Assembly (NCBI GenBank): GCA_947504205.1
Contig: CANNGL010000005.1
Coordinates: forward strand, 54,751 to 118,750
Source of the DNA: an uncultured Litoreibacter sp.
GTDB lineage: Bacteria; Pseudomonadota; Alphaproteobacteria; Rhodobacterales; Rhodobacteraceae
Direction: 5' to 3'
DNA: 64,000 nt
Of the stretch, positions 55,358-64,000 are shown piece after piece. A program made the translations under genes and the position numbers. Each line of letters begins with the position of its first letter. Position 1 is the first letter of the stretch. The notes under the pieces were generated by a model. The model had not been told where the DNA came from. It worked only from the letters and a program-made list of their open reading frames with translations, and did not search any database.

Positions 55358-56323
55358 ATGTCTCACAAAATCGCGGTCTCAATCATCAATTTCCGTACTG
55401 CCGATTTGACCATCCAAGCTGTACAATCTGTGCGTGATGATCTGACTGGAATCGATGCAGAAATCATTGTGGTCGACAACCTGTCGGGGGACGGGTCTGC
55501 CGAGAGAATTGAAGACTGGATCACACAACAGAACGATCCGCGCCTTTCTTTGGTGCTATCTGATAAGAATACCGGCTTTTCGGGGGGGCACAATCAGGGG
55601 TTTGCCGCCAGCGATGCTGAATTTCTGTTGGTGTTGAATTCTGATGCAATTGTTCGACCCGGCTTCTTCAAGGCTCTGCTGGAGACGGCTGAGACCAATC
55701 CAAAGGCAGGATTAATCGCCCCTCGTCTGGAAGGTGAAGACGGTGTCGCACAAACCAGCTGCTTTCGGTTCCACACACCACAATCCGAGCTGATAAGAAG
55801 TGCCAAGACAGGTTTCATCTCCAGACTTCTGCGCAGGTACGACGTCCCTCTAGCTCCAGAACCCGATCCCTCTCAGATCGAATGGGCGAGCTTTGCCTGC
55901 ATCTTGCTTCGTACTGAAATGATCCGCGATATAGGTCCCATGGATGAAGGCTATTTTCTCTATTTTGAGGACAGTGAGTATTGCCTGCGCGCGCGTAGGG
56001 CCGGATGGCATATAGCCTATGCTCCAAATGCGGTTGCCGTCCATTTTCGTGGCGGGAGTGGACCGGTCAAGGCCTTGGCCAAAGCCGGGAAGCGCCTGCC
56101 GCGGTATTTTTACAGCTCACGCAGCCGCTTTTTCTATCAGGCTCATGGCAAAATCGGCCTTTGGTCTGCCAATTTATGTTGGTATGTCGGCCGCGCATTA
56201 GCCGGATTGCGTGCTCTGGTTGGCAAACCAACACCCCCGATGGTCGAGCAGGAATATCGTGATATCTGGATCAATGCTTTCAACCCACTTGGGCCCCGAC
56301 GCGCACCAGGAGATTCAGAGTGA
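55358..56323 (+). CDS. Glycosyltransferase family 2
   Basis: MSHKIAVSIINFRTADLT ... IIVVDNLSGDGS ... DKNTGFSGGHNQG ... FLYFEDSEYCLRA, the typical GT2 (rhamnosyltransferase-like) pattern. The ATG is 2 nt after the upstream stop. Confidence 0.85.
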   Translation: MSHKIAVSIINFRTADLTIQAVQSVRDDLTGIDAEIIVVDNLSGDGSAERIEDWITQQNDPRLSLVLSDKNTGFSGGHNQGFAASDAEFLLVLNSDAIVRPGFFKALLETAETNPKAGLIAPRLEGEDGVAQTSCFRFHTPQSELIRSAKTGFISRLLRRYDVPLAPEPDPSQIEWASFACILLRTEMIRDIGPMDEGYFLYFEDSEYCLRARRAGWHIAYAPNAVAVHFRGGSGPVKALAKAGKRLPRYFYSSRSRFFYQAHGKIGLWSANLCWYVGRALAGLRALVGKPTPPMVEQEYRDIWINAFNPLGPRRAPGDSE

Positions 56324-57165
56324 GTTTGCCAGATTTCATGATTATCGGCGCAATGAAATGCGGAACCTCAACCCTGCAGGCACAACTCGCAGCCCAACAG
56401 GGCGTGTTCATGACAACGCCCAAGGAACCCAATTTCTTCTCCGATGATGCGGAATATGCAAAGGGCTTGGATTGGTATCGCGGTCTCTACGATGCAGCGG
56501 ACGCGCATGCATTGAGGGGCGAGGCCAGTACACATTATACTAAACTACCCACCTATCCGCATACGCTGCCCCGAATGACCCAGGTCCTCGAAAGCCAAAA
56601 GCTGATCTACATGATCCGTAACCCAATCACCCGGGCGATCTCTCATTACATCCATGAATGGACCGAAGCGCGCATGGGCCATGATCCGATTGCGGCATTC
56701 CAAACCGCGCCTGAGTTGATCGACTATGGGCGTTATGCCTATCAAATCACTCCATACATCGAAGCTTTTGGCTCAGAGCATATTCACCTCACCAGTCTGG
56801 AACAACTGAAGGCTGACCCCCAAGGAGAGCTCAGCCGCATCGGCGCCTTCCTCGATTTGCCACACCAAGCCATTTGGAATGATGAGATCGGGGCACAAAA
56901 TGTCTCTGCGGCGCGGGTGCGCAAGTTTCCCCTGCAAGGCCTGCTCATCGACAATCCTGTGGCTCAGACTTTGCGGCGAGTGCTGGTTCCTAAAGCCCTA
57001 AGGACGCGTATTCGAGAGGCCCGTACGTATGGGGAACGTCCCGAGCTGCCCGACACGCTTCTTCGGGATATGGAAAACCGCTTTGCCGCGGATCATGACG
57101 AGCTTGCAGCACTCTTCCCTGACCACCCAGCACTGACCCTTTGCTATCCGTTTCTACAAAAATGA
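56320..57165 (+). CDS. PAPS-dependent sulfotransferase
   Basis: 281 aa. FMIIGAMKCGTSTLQAQL is a 5-prime-PSB loop, and IYMIRNPITRAISHY is a 3-prime-PB region. The GTG start overlaps the upstream TGA (GTGA). Confidence 0.85.
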   Translation: MSLPDFMIIGAMKCGTSTLQAQLAAQQGVFMTTPKEPNFFSDDAEYAKGLDWYRGLYDAADAHALRGEASTHYTKLPTYPHTLPRMTQVLESQKLIYMIRNPITRAISHYIHEWTEARMGHDPIAAFQTAPELIDYGRYAYQITPYIEAFGSEHIHLTSLEQLKADPQGELSRIGAFLDLPHQAIWNDEIGAQNVSAARVRKFPLQGLLIDNPVAQTLRRVLVPKALRTRIREARTYGERPELPDTLLRDMENRFAADHDELAALFPDHPALTLCYPFLQK

Positions 57166-58127
57166 GCCGGAGCAACACAATCGGCGCCGTCATCATCGGG
57201 CGCAATGAAGGTGACAGGCTTGTGCGTTGTCTCGCCTCAATGGGTGACCAGATAGAGGCCGTTGTCTATGTCGATAGCGGTTCTACAGATGGCAGCGTTG
57301 AACAAGCGCAGCGGGTAGGTGCTGATGTTGTTTTGCTCGATATTGATCGTCCCTTTACTGCGGCTCGGGCACGTAATGCTGGTCTTGCTCATTTGCAAAA
57401 CTGCAAGACACCGCCTGATCTGATCCAATTCATCGATGGGGACTGCGAATTGAGGGCCGATTGGCTGCAAACAGCGACGGCTTTTCTTGAAACTCGTGAC
57501 GATGTTGCTGTTGTCTGCGGGCGCCGGCGCGAACGTTTCCCAGACAGTACGATCTACAACCGCCTTATTGATGCGGAGTGGGATACCCCCATTGGCGAGA
57601 CCAAAGCCTGTGGTGGCGATGCCTTGATGCGACTAAGTGCGCTGCAGGAGGTTGGTGGATATAACCCGAGCCTGATCGCTGGCGAAGAGCCAGAGCTCTG
57701 CGTGCGTCTGCGTCAAGCAGGTTGGAAAATATGGCGATTGGACGCCGAAATGACCTGGCATGACGCTGCAATTACACGTTTGGAGCAATGGTGGAAGCGT
57801 GCCAAACGCGCAGGCCACGCATTCGCAGAAGGAGCCGCTTTGCATGGTGATCCTCCTGAACGTCACTATGTTGCGCCGACACGCCGCGCGTTGGTCTGGG
57901 GAGCCGGCATACCTGTTCTGGCACTCCTCGGTCTGTTTTGGAGCCCCTTGTCCTTGCTGATCTTGGGTCTGTGGCCACTCCAAATCATACGCTTGGCGCT
58001 GCGTGATGGAGACTGGGCTCAAAGTCTGTTTCTTACTTTAAGTAAAGTACCGGAGGCTTTCGGCGCACTCAGCTACTATAAAAAGCGCCTGACGCACCAA
58101 CGTTCCGAGCTTATCGAGTACAAATAG
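57162..58127 (+). CDS. Glycosyltransferase family 2 with C-terminal TM segments
   Basis: MSRSNTIGAVIIGRNEGDRLVRCL ... VYVDSGSTDGS ... FIDGDCEL (DxD). Its ATG overlaps the sulfotransferase TGA (ATGA at 57162-57165). Confidence 0.8.
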   Translation: MSRSNTIGAVIIGRNEGDRLVRCLASMGDQIEAVVYVDSGSTDGSVEQAQRVGADVVLLDIDRPFTAARARNAGLAHLQNCKTPPDLIQFIDGDCELRADWLQTATAFLETRDDVAVVCGRRRERFPDSTIYNRLIDAEWDTPIGETKACGGDALMRLSALQEVGGYNPSLIAGEEPELCVRLRQAGWKIWRLDAEMTWHDAAITRLEQWWKRAKRAGHAFAEGAALHGDPPERHYVAPTRRALVWGAGIPVLALLGLFWSPLSLLILGLWPLQIIRLALRDGDWAQSLFLTLSKVPEAFGALSYYKKRLTHQRSELIEYK

Positions 58128-58141
58128 CCTTAGGTGCTCCC

Positions 58142-59041
58142 CTATGTCGGTTGGGGGTCGCCGAAGATGTGAAGTGGAAACGAATTGCGGATTTCGGCTT
58201 TTTTACGGGGAAGGTTTTTGAAATAGGCAAATTCCGCTTTTGCGACCTTCCCCTTAAGCGCAGGGCTATCCCTCAATTCAATAGCTTCCGGCAGGTTGCG
58301 TCCAATCGAAAGACCGTAATCGAAAAACTTGAACGGATGCGTTACAGCATCCATGTCCACGCCCTGAAACCAATAGTTTGGGATTTCCAGTGAATCCGCC
58401 ACGACAAGACCATGGAGGCTTGATGAGAAGATGATTTCGCAAGATGCCATCTCCTCCATGCAAGCCTGACAATCCTCGGTCCGGTAATCAATCAACCGCA
58501 CGCCAGGAATGGACTTCAAATCTTTTATATATTCTTCTTTGGACCATTGGCTGCGATGGGGAACAATCCCCACACCCTTGGCATCAGTGGCTTGAGACAT
58601 CTCGAAAACCTCATCCACTAAAAGACCCGGATCACCGGTGGGCAGGTTTTTATCTTCCGCGGCCATGCAAGTTAGCGGCCCCCGAACAAGATGGTGGTGC
58701 AGCCCTTCCAAAGAACCTACCGCCTCAACCGGCTTCATGATCCCTGAACCCCAAACATGGACGTCACGCAGATACCGCCGGCTTCTTTGCCGCAACCAGC
58801 CATAAATGCTCCCGATCGAGCACATATTGCACTCATCCAAAGAGGCCCATTCTACCGGTCGGCCGGACAAATGCTCGACAATGATCGGACTTAATAGATC
58901 GCCAAAATTCGCTCTCTCGTTCCACCAATAGAGTTTGATGGGCAACGGAAGCGTATCTGCTTTTTGCGATCGGAATACTTTTTGGGCATGACCCAGAGAT
59001 TGGCCAACCTGATGTTTCAAAAGCGTCTTATAGTCAAACAT
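58142..59041 (-). CDS. Polysaccharide pyruvyl transferase family protein
   Basis: 299 aa. LYWWNERANFGDLLSPIIVEHLSGRP is the characteristic N-terminal motif of PS_pyruv_trans proteins (CsaB/WcaK-like). Confidence 0.78.
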   Translation of the reverse strand: MFDYKTLLKHQVGQSLGHAQKVFRSQKADTLPLPIKLYWWNERANFGDLLSPIIVEHLSGRPVEWASLDECNMCSIGSIYGWLRQRSRRYLRDVHVWGSGIMKPVEAVGSLEGLHHHLVRGPLTCMAAEDKNLPTGDPGLLVDEVFEMSQATDAKGVGIVPHRSQWSKEEYIKDLKSIPGVRLIDYRTEDCQACMEEMASCEIIFSSSLHGLVVADSLEIPNYWFQGVDMDAVTHPFKFFDYGLSIGRNLPEAIELRDSPALKGKVAKAEFAYFKNLPRKKAEIRNSFPLHIFGDPQPT

Positions 59042-59082
59042 ACACCACTCTTCATATAGGGGTTGGTTGGGCTGGTCGCGTT

Positions 59083-60159
59083 CTATGGACCAGTTTTGAT
59101 CTTTCGGATCGGACGAGCAGCCATTGAGAACGCCTGTTCCAGCGCACGAGGATCGACTTCGAACGGATCGAGAGAAAATTTGTCAAACGGCGGCTCTGTT
59201 TCGTAAATCATGGGTAAATATTCAGGTTTCATGCGTCCGCGAACACCTATCCAGTCACATCCCACTTGTTCTGACATAACCCGAAAAACATCCGTCATGT
59301 GTCCGCAAGGCATGATCTCGACCATCTGACAGGGCGGCAGCTCAGGATTTCGATAAAGCAAAGGTGCCATTCCAGCGCCGTGTATCGCCACGATCGCCTG
59401 AGCCTCCCGGAACAACCTGAATTGATCAATAACAGGCAGGTCTTCGGGATAAAGCGTAACAAATCCGAAATCAGCTAGAAGCGCTTCGACCTCTTCCATA
59501 TTCGAGATCGATCTGGTGTCCCGGCGAGCCAGAAAGACTCTGTCGGGCAAAGCCTCGCGTCCTTGGCTCTCCCGGGCCAATATGTCCATTACGGTGTCTG
59601 TTTGTACACAATCGACCCACACGGCGCGCAACACAGTTCCGGGGGTAAGGGTGAAATCTACATAATCAGCCTCGACCGGAGCTTCTGTCGTCAATACCGA
59701 AAGTTCGAACAACTCGGCTGCAGCCAGAATATAGGTCGGGATGTTTTCCGGCAAAAGGATCAGAGTTTGTTCTCGCTCAAGTGACAGGCTGGTCGTGATT
59801 TTGAAGAAAATTGCCAGATGGTAATTGAGGAAATGCGCCCAGTTCTGAGGTTGCGTGCGCCGAAAATCAAACACGATACTGTCGGACACAACCACTGTGT
59901 TGCGCTTGAGTTTGCGGAAATAATCAAGCCGTCCCGAAGACTGAGCCGGACGGGTGACCCCATGGACGATGCCAAACTCAAGCTTGCCACCACCGGCAAT
60001 TTTTGGAGGAGCCGCGATCACCTCACAGGCCGGCACAAAGCGGTCCATAAGATATGACGACGCCCCGATCACCGTTGACGGCTTTGATTTGTAGCTCGGA
60101 ATATCAAGGACGGTAAAACCGGTCGACATGCTGCTGCTCGTTTTCGTGCTCTTCAACAC
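59083..60159 (-). CDS. Glycosyltransferase family 61 (DUF563) protein
   Basis: 358 aa. FREAQAIVAIHGAGMAPLLY matches the conserved HGAG..N/P region of DUF563/GT61 capsular biosynthesis proteins. Confidence 0.68.
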   Translation of the reverse strand: MLKSTKTSSSMSTGFTVLDIPSYKSKPSTVIGASSYLMDRFVPACEVIAAPPKIAGGGKLEFGIVHGVTRPAQSSGRLDYFRKLKRNTVVVSDSIVFDFRRTQPQNWAHFLNYHLAIFFKITTSLSLEREQTLILLPENIPTYILAAAELFELSVLTTEAPVEADYVDFTLTPGTVLRAVWVDCVQTDTVMDILARESQGREALPDRVFLARRDTRSISNMEEVEALLADFGFVTLYPEDLPVIDQFRLFREAQAIVAIHGAGMAPLLYRNPELPPCQMVEIMPCGHMTDVFRVMSEQVGCDWIGVRGRMKPEYLPMIYETEPPFDKFSLDPFEVDPRALEQAFSMAARPIRKIKTGP

Positions 60160-60243
60160 GCTATCATCTTTTTACAGTTATGCACCCGCACTAACCACAG
60201 GGACGGTAACCAGACAAGAACCTAAAAAGATGGCAAAATGAGG

Positions 60244-60618
60244 TCAGGCATGATCACTAAGCTTAGATCGCCCGAGTATGCGTAGGACTGTGTTTCGCCC
60301 TGTGCGCAGCACAGGATATAAGAGGCGCGACGCTGTGCGGTTGCTGAAAATCATTGCATTGACCCGATTGAACAAACCAAAGGAGGTCGACATCAGGGCA
60401 AGCTGGTGAATGCATTCATCGCCATGGCTAACGCGATCTCCATCGACCAGCGCCATACCTTCATCAAGATCATAGCCCTCGGCCTGTAAACGTTCGACAA
60501 CAGGGTGGGGTACCCGGGCGTCCAGAAGCTCGACCGGGCCAATTGCGTCTTTCAATCGCAACATCGCCACATAGCGTGAACAGAAGGGGCATTCGCCATC
60601 ATATACAATATATTTCAT
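60244..60618 (-). CDS. DCC-family thiol-disulfide oxidoreductase (DUF393)
   Basis: 124 aa. The N-terminal IVYDGECPFCSRYV carries the D-x-x-C-x-x-C signature of the DCC family. It starts 2 nt after the upstream stop. Confidence 0.8.
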   Translation of the reverse strand: MKYIVYDGECPFCSRYVAMLRLKDAIGPVELLDARVPHPVVERLQAEGYDLDEGMALVDGDRVSHGDECIHQLALMSTSFGLFNRVNAMIFSNRTASRLLYPVLRTGRNTVLRILGRSKLSDHA

Positions 60619-60620
60619 CT

Positions 60621-62243
60621 TTACTTGACCTTGACCGGATAAGCATCTGCACGCAGATACCTCTCATCCACCCCTGTTTTTGATATAGACATGCACAGGG
60701 AAGTATCAAGATAACGATACTCCGCAATGTCCTTCAGATCGATCCCATTAAATCCTGCAAAAAGTAGCGGATTACTGGGGTGGTGGTGCGATCTCAAATA
60801 GAAAGAAGGATATCCCGCCTCTGAGCGAGCCAGCATTTTGGCATGATGCGCGCGGATAAATGCCTCAAACCGCGCCAAGTGTTCTGCTTCCGCCGCAGCA
60901 CCGGTGTTACGGGCCTTCTCCGAGATAGTTTGCGGTGGCTCAGGGCACGTCCCAGAGGTTTGATTGCGGTCGTAGTCCCGTGTTGAGGCCCAAACCGTTG
61001 GAACATAGTGGCCGGGCTTCTCCCCCAAACCAAAATACCCATGAGACATGGCGTAAGAATGGCTCATGAAGAAGGAGTTTGGCACTCTGTGCCAAATGTC
61101 ACTGCCCTCGGTGCGCGCCTCTATAATCGGAGCCCGGATATCGGTGATATCAAACCATGCCAGCCGTGCCGAAAAGGCGTAATTGTACCAGCCGCCAGAA
61201 ATGATCACGATCATGCAACACAGCTTCGGGGCCCATCCAAGTGAAGCGTCATTTTGTCCCCGCAACGCATAGAGCACAGACACATTGTTCCAGATCCATG
61301 GCCAGAAAAACAATCCGCCGAAGACGTAGATACCGATATGCAATGCATCATAGGCCAATGTCGCAATCCGCAACCAGTTGAGTCTCAGCACAGCAAGAAT
61401 TGCAGCCGCTTGGAAAAATAAGACCAACGCGTTGGATATCGGTGCACCAAATGAAAACAGCGTATAGGCAAAATTCATCAACCCGGGTGGGACCGCAATT
61501 GGCAACGCTCCTTTGTGTGCCGCGATCAGAAGTTGATTTTCCGTCGCATTCTCCAGGACCCAGCTCAGGGGGGTCGGACCAATGGCCATCTTGGCGTAGC
61601 CAGACCAGAAATAGTTGCCCAGATGCAGACCGACTGCCGCCATCGCAATGCAAAGCTCTGTCGCGCGGGATAATATTACTTGCCCGAGAGGTACTGGTAA
61701 GAGTTTCCGTAGCACCACAACCCCGACAACAGCCAGAGACAGGAATTGCGCCATTTCCATCATGTAACGAACGTCCAAAAAGGACAGACGATATCCGGAG
61801 ATGTCATCAACCATGAAGCGTGTCGCAATCACATAGATCGCTGATGCGTAGCCAAAAGAGGGGCGAAGTAAGCCCAGACCGGCCAGTCCAAGAGCAAACC
61901 AATAATGCAGGTTCACAAAACTTGCGAAATCAGAACGTCCACCCTCGACCAGCGTGAAAACGGGTGGCTCAACCAAAAGATAAACAAAGACCCCAGCAAT
62001 CGAGATGCGGGTCAGGCTGGCAAGCGCCCCCTCCACATCATTATAGCGAATCCAGAAAAACAGCACCCCAAAGGCATAACTGGCGAGTTGTAAGGCTAAT
62101 ATCGGCGATAGCTCTTGGCTTTCAAGAATATCAAAAACCATGTTTCGCAGTCTAAAGAAGGCAAAAATGGTAAGACATCCAAGTCCCAAAGAAAGAGCAG
62201 CGCGCCAGAGATCACGGGAGGGGCGAACCGCTTCAGCCAGCAT
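60621..62243 (-). CDS. Large polytopic membrane protein of unknown function with a C-terminal soluble domain
   Basis: About 540 aa from MLAEAVRPS (the track start at 62291 overlaps the GT2 gene by 59 nt). There are about 10-12 hydrophobic helices over the first ~390 aa. A ~150-aa His/Tyr-rich soluble tail follows. No motif recognised. Confidence 0.55.
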   Translation of the reverse strand: MLAEAVRPSRDLWRAALSLGLGCLTIFAFFRLRNMVFDILESQELSPILALQLASYAFGVLFFWIRYNDVEGALASLTRISIAGVFVYLLVEPPVFTLVEGGRSDFASFVNLHYWFALGLAGLGLLRPSFGYASAIYVIATRFMVDDISGYRLSFLDVRYMMEMAQFLSLAVVGVVVLRKLLPVPLGQVILSRATELCIAMAAVGLHLGNYFWSGYAKMAIGPTPLSWVLENATENQLLIAAHKGALPIAVPPGLMNFAYTLFSFGAPISNALVLFFQAAAILAVLRLNWLRIATLAYDALHIGIYVFGGLFFWPWIWNNVSVLYALRGQNDASLGWAPKLCCMIVIISGGWYNYAFSARLAWFDITDIRAPIIEARTEGSDIWHRVPNSFFMSHSYAMSHGYFGLGEKPGHYVPTVWASTRDYDRNQTSGTCPEPPQTISEKARNTGAAAEAEHLARFEAFIRAHHAKMLARSEAGYPSFYLRSHHHPSNPLLFAGFNGIDLKDIAEYRYLDTSLCMSISKTGVDERYLRADAYPVKVK

Positions 62244-63228
62244 TGTCCTGCTCCGACTTGGAAGATCTTTGTGCGCTTGAGAACAAACCACCGACAGACT
62301 TCATAGTAATCAAAAACAAGGCCCGCCATTTGCGTGCTCGTTTTGGCTGATAGGCCAGTGCCCAGAACGCTTTTTTAACAGCCAAACCATAGCGCTGCTG
62401 AGATAACTGCCACCAAGCCTCGGCTTCCATCAAGCCGGAAGCACGGGCATCGACGCTCATATGCGCCACGGCGTCACCCTCTACAGGCGCGAAAGGCAAG
62501 GCTTCCCCTTTATCAAGATCGTCCGTCTTGCCCGCGAGGCGTTGCTGTGCGAATTCCCGCGCTTTGCCGCTATAGTACCGCCGCCGCGCATCGCTGGCAC
62601 TGTGTGAAATTGACGAGCCTCGCAGCAGGTATTCATAAGCCAGACCGGGCAGGAACATAATGCGCCCAGCCTGCGCAAGACGATATTGTAAATCCAGATC
62701 CTGCGATGAAATGAAGAAATCCCGCAAGCCGCCGATCTCCAGCAAAGCATCTCTACGAATTAGAAACGTGCCAAGATGTGTGCGTTCTCTGCCTTCGAGC
62801 AGTGCCTCCGTCAGGTCTTCTTCCTGATCCGTCAGAGGCGATACTGAAACATCGAACCCGTTTTCCAGAAAAACTCTATAATGCCCAGCAACTGCTACAA
62901 AATCCGGATGGTTCTCTAGAAAGGCAATTTGTTTGGCAAACCGGCCTGTCACAAGTAAATCATCAGCATCACACCGAGCGATGTAAGGCAGTTGTGTGGT
63001 ACGCGTGCCTGTATTGAGGGCAGCCGATTGCCCAACACCTTCATTCGAGATCAACAAGACCCGACTATCGGTGAACCCTTGCACGATGTCTTGGCTTCCA
63101 TCGGTGGATCCATCATCAATGACGATCAATTGACCAACCTCTGGCAGAGCCAGAACGGAGTTGATGGAGGCGTCAATTGTATCTGCGGCGTTCTTACAGG
63201 CCATCAATATACAAACTGGACCAGGCAT
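62233..63228 (-). CDS. Glycosyltransferase family 2
   Basis: 331 aa with CILMACKNAADTI ... LIVIDDGSTDGS ... IARCDADDL (DxD). Confidence 0.85.
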   Translation of the reverse strand: MPGPVCILMACKNAADTIDASINSVLALPEVGQLIVIDDGSTDGSQDIVQGFTDSRVLLISNEGVGQSAALNTGTRTTQLPYIARCDADDLLVTGRFAKQIAFLENHPDFVAVAGHYRVFLENGFDVSVSPLTDQEEDLTEALLEGRERTHLGTFLIRRDALLEIGGLRDFFISSQDLDLQYRLAQAGRIMFLPGLAYEYLLRGSSISHSASDARRRYYSGKAREFAQQRLAGKTDDLDKGEALPFAPVEGDAVAHMSVDARASGLMEAEAWWQLSQQRYGLAVKKAFWALAYQPKRARKWRALFLITMKSVGGLFSSAQRSSKSEQDNAG

Positions 63229-63465
63229 TACGATTTCCCTTCCGCATCTGGCAATGCGTGAGCTGATGCCCCCAAGGAAGAACGGTTACGATATTTGCGC
63301 ATTACGGCAACCACATAAAACAAAAATCACGGACATTATTGTCTATCCGTTTCTCTCTCACTACACCCCAGCGTGTTAAACCGCGGCGGAAGGGCAGTGC
63401 AACAGGCCGACTTGGCCTTTTTAGATTGCGGGGCTCATTTGAGGCCCAGAAAGTATTAAGGCTCT

Positions 63466-64000
63466 ATGGCTGCTGAAAGTTTCAAAACCAAGATTTTCAA
63501 ATCTTTGCAGCTGTCGATGCTTCAGTTTTTGTCATCGATTGCCTTGCGGTTGGTTTCGACTGTCGTGCTGTCACGTCTTCTGGCTCCCGAGATTTATGGC
63601 ATCTTCGCCGTCGTTCTTTTGTATATATACGTTTTGGAAATGATCTCTGATGTGGGGTTCCGCGCTCTTATCGTAACGCGCGAGGGGGAGTTGGAGGACA
63701 ACTTCATCCGCACATGTTGGACAGCGCAAATACTGCGCGGGCTACTGATTGCCTCTTTGTCTTGGGGCATCGCTGCGCTGATTTGGTGGGGCCAAGCTGC
63801 GGAGTTCTTCAATCCTGAAAGCGCCTATGCGGCGGCAGTCTTGCCTTTGGCAATTGCGGGTACGAGCGTCATTTCATTCATCCGTGGATTTGAGTCCCCA
63901 GCCAAGATGATCTCGGAGCGCGGCATGCGCTTCAAAGCAGTTACCATCGCGAAGATTGCCGAAAATGTCATCACGCTGGTTGCGATGATCGCTCTGGCCG
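63466..64000 (+). CDS. Wzx-like oligosaccharide flippase (MOP/polysaccharide biosynthesis protein family). The C-terminal end is cut by the window end.
   Basis: Absent from the track because it is open-ended. My translation is MAAESFKTKIFKSLQLSMLQFLSSIALRLVSTVVLSRLLAPEIYGIFAVVLLYIYVLEMISDVGF, the typical Wzx N-terminus (SR.L.P..YG). The frame stays open to 64000. Confidence 0.75.
   Translation, partial: MAAESFKTKIFKSLQLSMLQFLSSIALRLVSTVVLSRLLAPEIYGIFAVVLLYIYVLEMISDVGFRALIVTREGELEDNFIRTCWTAQILRGLLIASLSWGIAALIWWGQAAEFFNPESAYAAAVLPLAIAGTSVISFIRGFESPAKMISERGMRFKAVTIAKIAENVITLVAMIALA

Overview
The window looks like a chromosomal segment from an alphaproteobacterium, probably Rhodobacterales-like. 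That call is an inference from gene content and synteny; no search was run and GC content was not computed. It splits into two parts.

Positions 1 to about 40 kb are mostly housekeeping and core metabolism. They include yidC (partial), ttcA, yidD-rnpA-rpmH, a sensor kinase, tRNA-Arg, an RND efflux pair, M20 and M24 peptidases, HIT, polA, pth, ctc/rplY, trpA, ychF and tRNA-Ser. Small accessory insertions sit among them: a DUF900-like hydrolase, a degenerate-GGDEF/EAL protein, a divergent sulfotransferase/GT14 pair, an FkbM methyltransferase between ctc and pth, and an uncharacterised secreted-protein pair.

Directly after tRNA-Ser(GCU), 40.4 to 64.0 kb is one large Wzx/Wzy-type exopolysaccharide or capsule locus that runs off the window end. 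It holds six glycosyltransferases, a Wzy/O-antigen-ligase-like polymerase, a Wzx flippase, a pyruvyl transferase and a sulfotransferase.

The most unusual element is a 1068-aa single polypeptide (44752-47958). It fuses a compact adenylation domain, three tandem carrier (phosphopantetheine) domains and a 10-TM acyltransferase-3-like membrane domain, and is preceded by a TauD-family dioxygenase. I interpret it as a self-contained, carrier-dependent machine for acylating or aminoacylating the polysaccharide, functionally analogous to Dlt/Alm. I do not recognise it as a characterised system.

Other notable modules in the locus are a GMC oxidoreductase / G8 beta-helix / Ig-repeat operon and a DCC thiol-oxidoreductase coupled to a large polytopic membrane protein. 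No CRISPR array, transposase or integrase was seen.
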